From: a bacterium
GTDB taxonomy: Bacteria > UBA10199 > 2-02-FULL-44-16 > JAAZCA01
Assembly (NCBI GenBank): GCA_021810905.1
Contig: JAJZQH010000007.1
Span: forward strand, 70,455 to 134,454
Length of the DNA stretch: 64,000 nt
Direction of reading: 5' to 3'
A model generated the notes under the pieces. The model did no database searches. It had not been told where the DNA came from and saw nothing but the letters and a program-made list of their open reading frames with translations. Both the position numbers and the translations under genes were made by a program. Numbering within the stretch: the first letter of the stretch is position 1; each line of letters begins with the position of its first letter. Shown here piece after piece: positions 45,501-53,128 of the stretch.

Positions 45501-45974
45501 CTGCCACGCGACATTCTCCAGCCTTCGCGACTCGCGCATGAACCTGCCGGCTTCGGACCACGGATTCAGATAGAGGTCGGCCGCAAAAAACGTCTCCATA
45601 CCGGGGATGACGTCGTGCAGGAAATGCAGGATGCCCTTTTTTGGCCCAGGCTTTTTTGCAAGTTTGTCGGGATGATCGGCGCGCTGCTCGTCGCGGATGA
45701 ACCTGCTCGCGTCGTATTTGAAACGGCTCGGGCCAGCAGCAACATTCCCGGAAGAGACGTTCACAAAATGATCAGTCGAAGCATTTTCGCAACTGATTTC
45801 ACCTTTGCCGGAGCAAAGAGATCCTTCATGCGCCGATTCGTCGGCGATATCGCAGGAGTCATTGAAGGCCGCGCCTTCGGACAGGGCGCTGCATTCCGCG
45901 GCCTGGGCCGCACCCATAACGCCGCACGAAAAATATGTCTGACCCGAACAGAGCATATCGCCCCTTTTGTCCAC
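42516..45974 (-). CDS. large hypothetical protein (1152 aa), mostly helical with an alpha/beta C-terminal module
   Basis: It is a long uninterrupted ORF with coding-like composition. The N-terminal ~130 aa are Cys/Ser/Ala-rich. TPR-like helices are present (AVKVGAYEAAVKYYLSAAQYEE). I recognise no catalytic motif and the true start is uncertain. Confidence 0.65.
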   Translation of the reverse strand: MDKRGDMLCSGQTYFSCGVMGAAQAAECSALSEGAAFNDSCDIADESAHEGSLCSGKGEISCENASTDHFVNVSSGNVAAGPSRFKYDASRFIRDEQRADHPDKLAKKPGPKKGILHFLHDVIPGMETFFAADLYLNPWSEAGRFMRESRRLENVAWQHEKNGAFEDAGFFFKQAAEAAIEGIERRGRRDFYDYQTAFTDPRKKLLEGAIHNYRGALEKEETARAKLELMECHILRDHYNSTDRKRFDEYRLAEMLEEAIELAGDDAAKIREEATKFFLPLIEEYAEAGDHRTQACFHELLAIAADGAEARKNRYLLAAETAVKVGAYEAAVKYYLSAAQYEEVSTRKFELAFLAMERVVWNGGLDINDFFENNYKRAKGLMGDEGQLSLLRERTVGLLLAYADHHGDRSNFSSAANGYVFASFIESDPARRMWFNLIAAEARLHVTTENHGANQCFIAAIHEADEDKKMELRLMAAEMLVRKGATSYAAEHYATALGLVNVDHPDYWKIADIAISLAAMHNSCWPKIPEHIKAAHPELDAIVASIWAGLGSGDRDIKRKVEMERAFVRDSEIVLPPALLVRAMEIFRRVYSDVGIIAVRQSQAMDLIHEGVRRWAESGFVEPQGIPAHFLLQTLAVANTDREMAPMRSLLQSKEMRTSNDYRKKVMWFLEDHRADRKSMDQFFRTIEISSASKAVENIGLLMVVRMVDKSFDMDEIRTQEEFRHKAEAVVLSFIRGRPFDQGVKRRFVERVGEFYSSGLFQALHEIYPRYASERDFNEVVGLMDIAVAAIMMGDFHKVKFPTKEGVASMRYLTRGQRALLMKAAGQLDFMSDEMKSKWTKDLKEEMIVEKGIDAAEAVRNAALQRIADMKFHFELHMRACGEKDFAFTDEYLDALRARIAREAKGSTEFQKLKQIERILVSIDAIERMDLANIKKNESEAKRQLNNLANATKMLFAKHYGLSERELASLQAKMDVGELVRLLFEKRKGSKNRRLTASESSDPVHLILAGREPANSGSCQRPDGTAELVIGLSGYVLNSGVKIIRVTNQDDTVVGRAMLKAVKADGKPALLLERAYYVNSLVDPNTDAVIIALAKKKAREMGVPLITTWRSIGEKKAMKVERPDGLSPYEYSDSLGGVRGVGVTATLKVSVL

Positions 45975-46054
45975 TATCGGCGGGGCTTAAGAATTGTTGC
46001 TAAAAAACAGTTTGTTATATTATGGTGGGATGTGGTGAAAAACGGTTGTCCAAT

Positions 46055-46126
46055 CACCCTCACCCTTCCCTCTCCCCTCAAGGGAGAGGGTGGCGGAAAC
46101 CCCGCAGCAGGCTGCGGGGAATCATC
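46055..46126. repeat. 72-bp double-hairpin dispersed repeat (copy 2 of 2)
   Basis: It matches 6685-6756 with 2 mismatches and lies in the spacer between the 1152-aa ORF start and def. Confidence 0.85.
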
Positions 46127-46171
46127 AGATTGGCGTTTCTCTGAACCCGGAAGCCGTGTTATGATTACGAT

Positions 46172-46690
46172 ATGATCAGGAAGATAATTACATATCCAAA
46201 TCCACTACTTAACAGCGTCTCAAAGCCGCTTGAAACCGTGGATGATTCCGTGCGCACCCTGCTGGCCGACATGGCCGAGACCATGTACGTGGCCGACGGC
46301 GTGGGGCTCGCGGCCCCCCAGATAGGCGTGGGGCTGCGCGTCATCGTCGTGGACGTTGGCGGAGAGTCAGGGCCTGGGCTGCTCAAGATGGTCAACCCCG
46401 AAATACTCTCACGCGATGGCGAGATCGAGTGGGAAGAGGGCTGCCTCTCGGTGCCGGACCTGCGCGTGATGATGAAGCGCAGCAAGCGCATACGCGCGAA
46501 ATACCTGGACGAAAACGGCGCGATAAAGGAGCTGGACGCGGAGGACCTCCTTGCAGTGGCGATTCAGCACGAGATCGATCACCTCGACGGCAAGCTCATC
46601 ATCGACAACGTGGGCAGGATCAGGCGCGACCTCTATCTGCGCAAGCGCAAGAGGGCAGAGGAACACGCAAGGGAATCGATCGTCCTGTAA
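46172..46690 (+). CDS. def: peptide deformylase
   Basis: GVGLAAPQIG, EGCLSVP and HEIDHL motifs. Confidence 0.95.
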   Translation: MIRKIITYPNPLLNSVSKPLETVDDSVRTLLADMAETMYVADGVGLAAPQIGVGLRVIVVDVGGESGPGLLKMVNPEILSRDGEIEWEEGCLSVPDLRVMMKRSKRIRAKYLDENGAIKELDAEDLLAVAIQHEIDHLDGKLIIDNVGRIRRDLYLRKRKRAEEHARESIVL

Positions 46691-46699
46691 AAAACCATC

Positions 46700-47626
46700 A
46701 TGAAAATCCTCTTCATGGGTTCAGCGGCGTTTGCAGTGCCATCCCTGGATGCGCTCGTGCGCTCGCGGCATCAGGTAGTCGAGATCGTTGCACAGCCGGA
46801 CAAACCCGCAGGGCGCGGCCGCCATATCCATGCGTGCCCTGTTGCGGAATTCGCAAGGTCAAAGGGGCTTGCGCTCTTTCAGCCGACGAGCGTGCGCAAG
46901 GAAGAATCGATCGAGCACTTCCGCTCGCTCGCGCCCGATCTTCTGGTCATCGTGGCTTACGGAAAGATCCTTCCCATCGAGATCATCTCCATCCCGCCGC
47001 GCGGGAGCATCAACGTGCATGCATCCCTGCTCCCGAAATACCGCGGGGCAGCGCCGATCAACTGGGCGATAGCCAATGGCGAGGCCGAGACCGGCGTGAC
47101 TACTATGTTCATAAGCGAAGAACTGGATGCAGGCGACATCCTGCTCGCCAGTTCCACGCCGATAGGAAATGAAGAGAGCGCGGGCGAGCTGCACGACAGG
47201 CTCGCGTGCATGGGCGCCGCTCTTCTGATGGAGACGATAGAGGGCATCGAGAACGGCGAACTGCGCGCGCACCCGCAGGACCATTCAAAGGCCACGCACG
47301 CGCCGATACTGAAAAAAGAGGACGGTCATATCGACTGGAAGATGCCGGCGGCGGCGATCGCGAATCGCGTGCGCGCCTTTACTCCGTGGCCCGGGACATA
47401 TACAAAGATCGGCGATAGAACGCTGCGCGTGCATCGCGCCGCTGTAACGCAGATCTCCCATTGCGGGCAGCCCGGCACGGTGATAGAGGCTAGGGCCAGG
47501 CTCGTCATCGCGTGCGGCAAAGGGGCGCTGTGCATCGACGAGGTGCAGATCGAAGGCGGCCGCAGGATGGCTGCCCCGGATTTCCTGCTGGGTCACAAGA
47601 TAACAGTCGGGACAAAATTCTCATGA
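46700..47626 (+). CDS. fmt: methionyl-tRNA formyltransferase
   Basis: MKILFMGS..FAVPSL, QPDKPAGRG and HASLLPKYRGAAPINWAI motifs. Confidence 0.95.
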   Translation: MKILFMGSAAFAVPSLDALVRSRHQVVEIVAQPDKPAGRGRHIHACPVAEFARSKGLALFQPTSVRKEESIEHFRSLAPDLLVIVAYGKILPIEIISIPPRGSINVHASLLPKYRGAAPINWAIANGEAETGVTTMFISEELDAGDILLASSTPIGNEESAGELHDRLACMGAALLMETIEGIENGELRAHPQDHSKATHAPILKKEDGHIDWKMPAAAIANRVRAFTPWPGTYTKIGDRTLRVHRAAVTQISHCGQPGTVIEARARLVIACGKGALCIDEVQIEGGRRMAAPDFLLGHKITVGTKFS

Positions 47627-48267
47627 CTATAAAAACAGCTCCATCGATATTGTCGGCAGACTTTGCAAGGCTCGGCCATGAGATCGAGGCCGTGGAGAAG
47701 GCCGGCGCGGACGTCATCCACGTCGACGTGATGGATGGTCATTTCGTTCCAAACATCACGATAGGCCCTCCGGTCGTGGCAAAAATTCGCCCGATCACGA
47801 AGCTCCCGCTCGATTGCCACCTCATGATCGAAAACCCGGAGCGCTACATAGGTGCGTTTGCAAAGGCTGGCGCGGACTGGATCTCGGTCCATGTGGAGGC
47901 GTGCGACCTCTCGCAATTATTGCCAGCCATCAAGGCCCTGGGCTGCAAAGCGGGCTGCGTCATCAATCCGCCCACGCCTGTTGAGAAGATCCTCCCCTAT
48001 CTGCCGCTTGCGGATTACGTGCTCGTCATGACCGTCAATCCGGGTTTCGGCGGTCAGAAACTCATAGAGGGCTGCATCGACAAGATCGCGGCGATCCACA
48101 GCATCGCGAAGGAGCGCAATATCCGCATTCCCATCGAGGCCGACGGAGGAATAGGCCCTGCCAACGTCTCCAGGGTGACGGCCGCGGGCGCCGAAATCAT
48201 AGTTGCAGGCTCGGCGGTATTCGAAGCTGAGGACTATACCAAGGCCATCGAGGCCCTTCGCAAATAA
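47623..48267 (+). CDS. rpe: ribulose-phosphate 3-epimerase
   Basis: APSILSADFARLGHEIEAVEKAGADVIHVDVMDGHFVPN, VMTVNPGFGGQ and DGGI. The ATG overlaps the fmt stop (ATGA). Confidence 0.95.
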   Translation: MTIKTAPSILSADFARLGHEIEAVEKAGADVIHVDVMDGHFVPNITIGPPVVAKIRPITKLPLDCHLMIENPERYIGAFAKAGADWISVHVEACDLSQLLPAIKALGCKAGCVINPPTPVEKILPYLPLADYVLVMTVNPGFGGQKLIEGCIDKIAAIHSIAKERNIRIPIEADGGIGPANVSRVTAAGAEIIVAGSAVFEAEDYTKAIEALRK

Positions 48268-48342
48268 TCGACCCGAGAAAAATTCAAAAAAAACAACGCA
48301 ACTTTCCTCGTGCGCATCCGATACAAGCGACCGGAGGCCGAC

Positions 48343-49092
48343 ATGTCACTAACCGCCTATGGAACCACTCTTTTAGAAGCATGCGCGTTTGCAACGATGC
48401 TGGAAGGCTGCACGCCGCGAGAGCCCGCGGAAGATCCGTCCGGCTCAGGCTGGGTCACGGCCGAGGGGCTCACGCCAGAAATGCTGGAGCAGATGGGCGG
48501 CGGGGCTCAATCGGAAGATGCAGGCGGCGTGGAGATAACTGACTATGACGGAGGTACGCGGGGCGATGGCTCGACGGTTGCTTCGGACTACTCGACGACC
48601 CCCGAGATCCTCGATCTCGTCAACAAGGCGCGCGCCACGGGCCGCATGTGCGGCGACACTTTTATGGCCGCGGTGCCGCCCGTGAAGTGGAGCGATACGC
48701 TGGCCGCGGCAGCGCTCGGGCACTCGAGGGACATGGCTGGAAACGATTACTTCTCGCACTGCGGACGCAACGGCAGCCGGAAACCCGGGCCAGACGATGG
48801 TAAAAATGGCAATAAGTGTCCCGCTGGTTTGACCGAGCCATGGGACCGCGCAAAGGCTGCCAGATATCCATCAGGTTTTGTCGGGGAAAATATCGCCCTC
48901 GGACAAATATCCGTTGAAGCGGTTATGGCATCATGGCTCAAGAGTGCGGGCCACTGCTCAAACATCATGAATCCCCAATATACGGAAATAGGCACGGCGT
49001 ATGCCCTTGGGTGGAACAGCAATTTAGGGTTCACTCCTTCTTCCACTTTAGGAAAGGCGCGCTACTGGACGATGAACCTCGGCAAACCGTAA
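48343..49092 (+). CDS. CAP/SCP-domain lipoprotein
   Basis: Lipobox-like ATMLEGC. AAAALGHSRDMAGNDYFSH...GENIALGQ...VMASWLKSAGHCSNIMNPQYTEIG is the CAP (SCP/PR-1) signature. Confidence 0.8.
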   Translation: MSLTAYGTTLLEACAFATMLEGCTPREPAEDPSGSGWVTAEGLTPEMLEQMGGGAQSEDAGGVEITDYDGGTRGDGSTVASDYSTTPEILDLVNKARATGRMCGDTFMAAVPPVKWSDTLAAAALGHSRDMAGNDYFSHCGRNGSRKPGPDDGKNGNKCPAGLTEPWDRAKAARYPSGFVGENIALGQISVEAVMASWLKSAGHCSNIMNPQYTEIGTAYALGWNSNLGFTPSSTLGKARYWTMNLGKP

Positions 49093-49093
49093 T

Positions 49094-50404
49094 TCAATGC
49101 CGTAAATTGAACCTGAGCAGCGGCAGCTTCAGGTGCTGCCGCTTTGTCTCTCCCTTCAGAGGCCTGGATTTTCTTTCCGCCGTCAATCCCCGCTCGCCCG
49201 CATGCTGTTCTGATAGTACCGCTCCGTCCGCCAGGAATATCGTGTGTTTGCCGAAGCGCTCCGCTATCTCATCCACCGCCTCAAACGCACGCTCCGATGC
49301 GAGCGCATGACCCACGTCTTCAAACAGCGTAAACTGCGCGGGCCTCTCGTCCGCAAGCTCCGCGAGCACCACGCCCGTAGCGCGGTAGAGAGTGCCAGGC
49401 TTGAATATTTTTTCGAACATCTCCGCGAGCACCGGCACGAGTTCGTTGGTCGAGGAGCTGGCGCGCACGAGTTTCGCCTCAAGGCCTGCGCCCTCGAACT
49501 GCTGCGTGCGCAGATGGAGCACGAGCCTTCGCGCAGCAAGGCCATGCCGCCGCGCCTTGATACACGCGGATTCCAGGTTCCGCAGCGCGCGCGCCCATAC
49601 GTAATTTCGATCCGCAGACGGCGGCGTGAAGGTCTTTGTCTTTGAGATGGAGAGCTGCCGATCCGCATCTTCAGCCGATACCTTGTAGACGTATTCTCCG
49701 CGCAGCTCGCCCCAAAGCTCCCGGCCGATCTTCCCCATGAGGTTCGACGCGAATGACTCCGGCCGATCCACGAAGTCGAGTGCATTCTTCAGGCCGTGCT
49801 TTGCGAGCAGAGCCACCGTGTTTGAGCCAAAGCCCCACACCTTCTCCAGAGGCGTGCGTGCGAGCAGCAGGTGTATGTGCCTGCCGCCCACCGCGGTGAT
49901 ACCGTGCGGCTTGCGAAACTTGGAGCAGAGCTTTGCGAGCGACTTGGAGAGCGATATACCGACGGACGCCGTGATATCGAGTTCCGTCAGTATCGCCTCC
50001 TGCATGCGCGCCGCGATTCCGCGATAGTCGCAGTGAAAGAGCCTGCGCAATCCCGTGAGCTCGCAGAATCCCTCGTCTATGGAATATTCCTCTACGATCG
50101 GCGAGAAACGCCGCATGATCTCAAACATGCGCTTTGAGTAGAGCGAATACGTCTCGTAGTCGGACGGGAGGATGACGCAATCCGGGCAGAGCTTCTTCAC
50201 GTGATGCAGCGGCACGCCGCGGGCCACGCCGCGCGCCTTTGCCTCATAGGAGGCCGCGGACACGATGCCGCGTTCGGCGCCGGTGATGACCGGCCTCCCC
50301 TTGAGCTCGGGGTGCACGGCCTGCTCCACCGAGGCAAAGAATGCATCGGCGTCGACGTGGGCGATAGCGCGAGGCCAGCTGCGCAACATGATCGGTCGGT
50401 CCAT
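49094..50404 (-). CDS. dinB: Y-family DNA polymerase (Pol IV-like)
   Basis: IAHVDADAFFASVEQ, SAASYEAKARGV and SIDEGF motifs, followed by little-finger-length C-terminal sequence. Confidence 0.85.
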   Translation of the reverse strand: MDRPIMLRSWPRAIAHVDADAFFASVEQAVHPELKGRPVITGAERGIVSAASYEAKARGVARGVPLHHVKKLCPDCVILPSDYETYSLYSKRMFEIMRRFSPIVEEYSIDEGFCELTGLRRLFHCDYRGIAARMQEAILTELDITASVGISLSKSLAKLCSKFRKPHGITAVGGRHIHLLLARTPLEKVWGFGSNTVALLAKHGLKNALDFVDRPESFASNLMGKIGRELWGELRGEYVYKVSAEDADRQLSISKTKTFTPPSADRNYVWARALRNLESACIKARRHGLAARRLVLHLRTQQFEGAGLEAKLVRASSSTNELVPVLAEMFEKIFKPGTLYRATGVVLAELADERPAQFTLFEDVGHALASERAFEAVDEIAERFGKHTIFLADGAVLSEQHAGERGLTAERKSRPLKGETKRQHLKLPLLRFNLRH

Positions 50405-50586
50405 AGCTACGCGCTAGCGGCACCGCCGTTCACTTGTCAAACAGCGCTTTGACTGAGAGGCGGTTGTCTAGGTATCCATGCGCCGCGTCAGTCCGCTGTT
50501 TGATCTCTCTCGCGACGAGCGCCATGCTTGTGCGGCATGTGCCTGGCATTGCATCGCGCGAGGAGCCTTGCTGCCGTGGCACGGAA

Positions 50587-51429
50587 TCAATCGGTGAATT
50601 CGCGCAGCACAGGGGCTTTGAGGAATGCCTGCAGCTTGTCGGGATTGCCTGCGCAGCTCAAACCCGCGCGCAGGTCTCCCACGGCCGTCCTGACCGAACG
50701 AGCGGTAAAGAAGGATGAAACCAGCGCGACCCCGCAGATCGCCAGGGAACCGGTATCCACAAACCCCCTTTTGCTCGTAACCGCAGCCGCGATTCCGCCC
50801 ATCATCATGAATTGAACCATCACCAGATAAAACCCCATCATCTGATGGGAACGCAGGGTCGTTATCAGCGCCTCCCTCTTCTCTTCGGCCGTGGGTGTGG
50901 TGACGGCATCGATCAATTTCGCAAAGTCATCTTCCCCAAACATCGTCTTGAGCGATCTGATCATCGCTACTGAAGGGTCTATTGATATGACGCCGTGTGT
51001 GCGGCCCTGAGTAACGAGCCCTGTAAAATGCTCGACGGATTGAAATCCATTGGCCCTGAGGAATGCATAATATGTTTTCCTGCCGCCATTTACGTTTTCA
51101 GCGAACATCGATGCCTTTCTATCCAGATAGCTCCTGGCGTCGACGAGTCCCATCTTCTTCACGTGATCAAAATCGGACCGCTTCCTCAGCAGCACGGAAG
51201 GCTCATCGAAATACTCCGTCCACCCAGGATGTTCCGGAAAGATATCGCACCTCGCGGCTTCGTACTCTTCCATAATCTCCGCAGGTGTATCCGCATCAGC
51301 GAGGGCGATCGCCGAATCGAGTTGCGCCGCAAATGGCGTCACAGCTATTATTGCCGTCATATAAACTTCCTCCCGTTGCCGTATCGTGAACTCCGGGAGG
51401 GGGCATATCACGAGCAAATCCAATTTCAA
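50587..51429 (-). CDS. hypothetical protein with a C-terminal pair of TM helices
   Basis: ORF with coding-like composition. Hydrophobic segments are MMGFYLVMVQFMMMGGIAAAV and SLAICGVALVSSFF. The start is possibly the internal MTAIIAV (51361). I recognise no family. Confidence 0.45.
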   Translation of the reverse strand: MKLDLLVICPLPEFTIRQREEVYMTAIIAVTPFAAQLDSAIALADADTPAEIMEEYEAARCDIFPEHPGWTEYFDEPSVLLRKRSDFDHVKKMGLVDARSYLDRKASMFAENVNGGRKTYYAFLRANGFQSVEHFTGLVTQGRTHGVISIDPSVAMIRSLKTMFGEDDFAKLIDAVTTPTAEEKREALITTLRSHQMMGFYLVMVQFMMMGGIAAAVTSKRGFVDTGSLAICGVALVSSFFTARSVRTAVGDLRAGLSCAGNPDKLQAFLKAPVLREFTD

Positions 51430-51583
51430 GCGCTATTTGCGGGCGGGGGTATGCGGGATGACGCGCAAACGTCACCTCTCAGATCATCCAAGCAAGAATG
51501 TCAGCGGCACGAATGAAATCCCATGGAATTCCTGGTTGGAAACGAACGAGAGCTTATGATGACCGTATTTGTGAATGGACCGA

Positions 51584-51934
51584 TCAGAGATCGAGCAGTA
51601 TTCGGACAGTGTTTTCTACTGCGGCCATCGCCTGGTCGGAGATGCGGCCCCAGCGCTTTATGATTCGCTCCTTTGATATGGTGCGGATCTGATCGCATTT
51701 GATGAACGAGGCATTACGCACGCCGCCCTCCGGCGGATCGATGCGAATGTGCGCTGGAATCTTCAGATCCGTACTGGTGATCGGCAGCACGATGATGAGA
51801 TCCGCCGGACTGTCATTGAACGTATCGTGAGAAATAGCGAGCGCCGGGCGGGTCTTGTGTATCTCCTTCCCTCTGCCGGGTGGATTGAAATCCACCAACC
51901 ATACTTCCTGCCGCTGCACGGAGATCGCCATCAC
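51584..51934 (-). CDS. mazF: MazF/PemK-family toxin endoribonuclease
   Basis: VWLVDFNPPGRGKEIHKTRPALAIS...IIVLPITS...IKCDQIRTISKERI is the PemK-fold signature. Confidence 0.85.
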   Translation of the reverse strand: MMAISVQRQEVWLVDFNPPGRGKEIHKTRPALAISHDTFNDSPADLIIVLPITSTDLKIPAHIRIDPPEGGVRNASFIKCDQIRTISKERIIKRWGRISDQAMAAVENTVRILLDL

Positions 51935-52182
51935 TCATCCTTATCGATGCCGTCATCAATCGTCGCATCCCAAGTCTCACGCTCGGAGGTTTCTTTCTTC
52001 CAGGCTGCAGCATCAGATCGAAGCGCCCCATAGGCTTCGCCGAGCTTGAGCAAAAAGAGCCTGCGCCGATAATCCACGAGCGCCTTCTGAATAATGCGGC
52101 TGGCCGGCTCATGCTCCTGCGCTGCAAGCTCCTGAAGCAGAACATGAGTCTCACGATTGACTCTTACCGTCGTACTCTGCAT
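51931..52182 (-). CDS. ribbon-helix-helix antitoxin
   Basis: TTVRVNRETHVLLQELAAQEHEPASRIIQKAL is RHH-like. There is a 4-nt ATGA overlap with mazF and an acidic C-terminus. Confidence 0.7.
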   Translation of the reverse strand: MQSTTVRVNRETHVLLQELAAQEHEPASRIIQKALVDYRRRLFLLKLGEAYGALRSDAAAWKKETSERETWDATIDDGIDKDE

Positions 52183-52385
52183 GCCCCTCTCCTCTTCAGA
52201 ACCATATTAATGATACCAACCAGCCACATTTATGTCTACATATTAGTTATCGGTATTGTAGACTATAATGTTGCGTAAAAAATAAAACACCATCTAGTCC
52301 TTTAATATCATATTGTTACATGTTTACCCCAGAAACCATCTTTCAGGCGGAGTTTTCATCGTAGGAACAGTCCAGTGCGAGTACG

Positions 52386-52466
52386 AGATCTACCCCTCCC
52401 CACCTCCCGGGTACTCCCTCGGTCACCCGCTCTGTGGGTCCCCGGCCTCGGTCGCAAAGGGGAGGA
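52386..52466. repeat. degenerate half copy of the GATCTACCCC...ACAAAGGGGAGG palindromic element
   Basis: GATCTACCCCTCCCCACCTCCC...CGCAAAGGGGAGG resembles the right halves of 13324-13402 and 56759-56846, with an internal insertion. Confidence 0.5.
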
Positions 52467-52485
52467 ATGGTTTATTACCCTGATC

Positions 52486-53094
52486 TCACCTCTCACTATC
52501 CGGCGGCGGGGGATCGAGTTTTGCTCGCTGTTTTACTATTCCTTTATACGCGAGCGGTGGCTTCACCTTGATCTTCGCTCGCTCGGCGAGCCCCTGGTAG
52601 AGCCGCAGGGCTTCGCCGTCCGGCGCTGTTACTACGAAGGAGATCGGTTTGCCGTCTTTCTGGAACATGATGACGACCGGCGATTTTATCATCTGAAGCA
52701 CCATCACCAATCGCTGATTGTTGCAGATCTCTTTCTGCGCTGTCGCGAGTTTGTCCTCCTGGGCTGCATAGGCCGCGTCGTAGCCAAAGAGCAGATCCTT
52801 GATCGAGGCATAGGGGATACGCGCGACTTCGACCTCCGTAACGCCCCTGCCCTTTTTCTGATCGATCATGTTGCGCTTGAGCACAACGTCGCTCTGCTCA
52901 AACGAGAGCCGCACGTTGTACTGATAACACGGCGTGGACTGATCGATATCAGGCAGCCCCGTGACGTAGGCAACGGCGATTTCGTCGCCTGCTGCGACCG
53001 GCCTGGTGCTCGCATCGAGGCGCCTCCAGTTTTCCGCGTGGCATACCGATTCCATGAGGAGGATGCAGAGAAACGAGAAGACGATCTTCTTCAT
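52486..53094 (-). CDS. hypothetical secreted protein
   Basis: Signal peptide is MKKIVFSFLCILLMESVCHA. It abuts the OmpA-family gene upstream. Confidence 0.5.
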   Translation of the reverse strand: MKKIVFSFLCILLMESVCHAENWRRLDASTRPVAAGDEIAVAYVTGLPDIDQSTPCYQYNVRLSFEQSDVVLKRNMIDQKKGRGVTEVEVARIPYASIKDLLFGYDAAYAAQEDKLATAQKEICNNQRLVMVLQMIKSPVVIMFQKDGKPISFVVTAPDGEALRLYQGLAERAKIKVKPPLAYKGIVKQRAKLDPPPPDSER

Positions 53095-53128
53095 AAGAAA
53101 CTCCTTTGCACATGTACGCGATTTCAAA

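Noticed and set aside
40956-46171. Mobile-element hallmarks (integrase, transposase, tRNA attachment site, direct repeats) around the priA/def insertion
   Set aside because: None was found by eye. I therefore do not call the island a mobile element, only an accessory insertion.
43344-46175. Plus-strand ORFs (43344-44018, 44088-44561, 45276-46175) antisense to the 1152-aa gene
   Set aside because: They are shadow ORFs. The last one also reads through the 72-bp repeat (LTLPSPLKGEGGGNPAAGCGE), which is a repeat translation rather than a protein.
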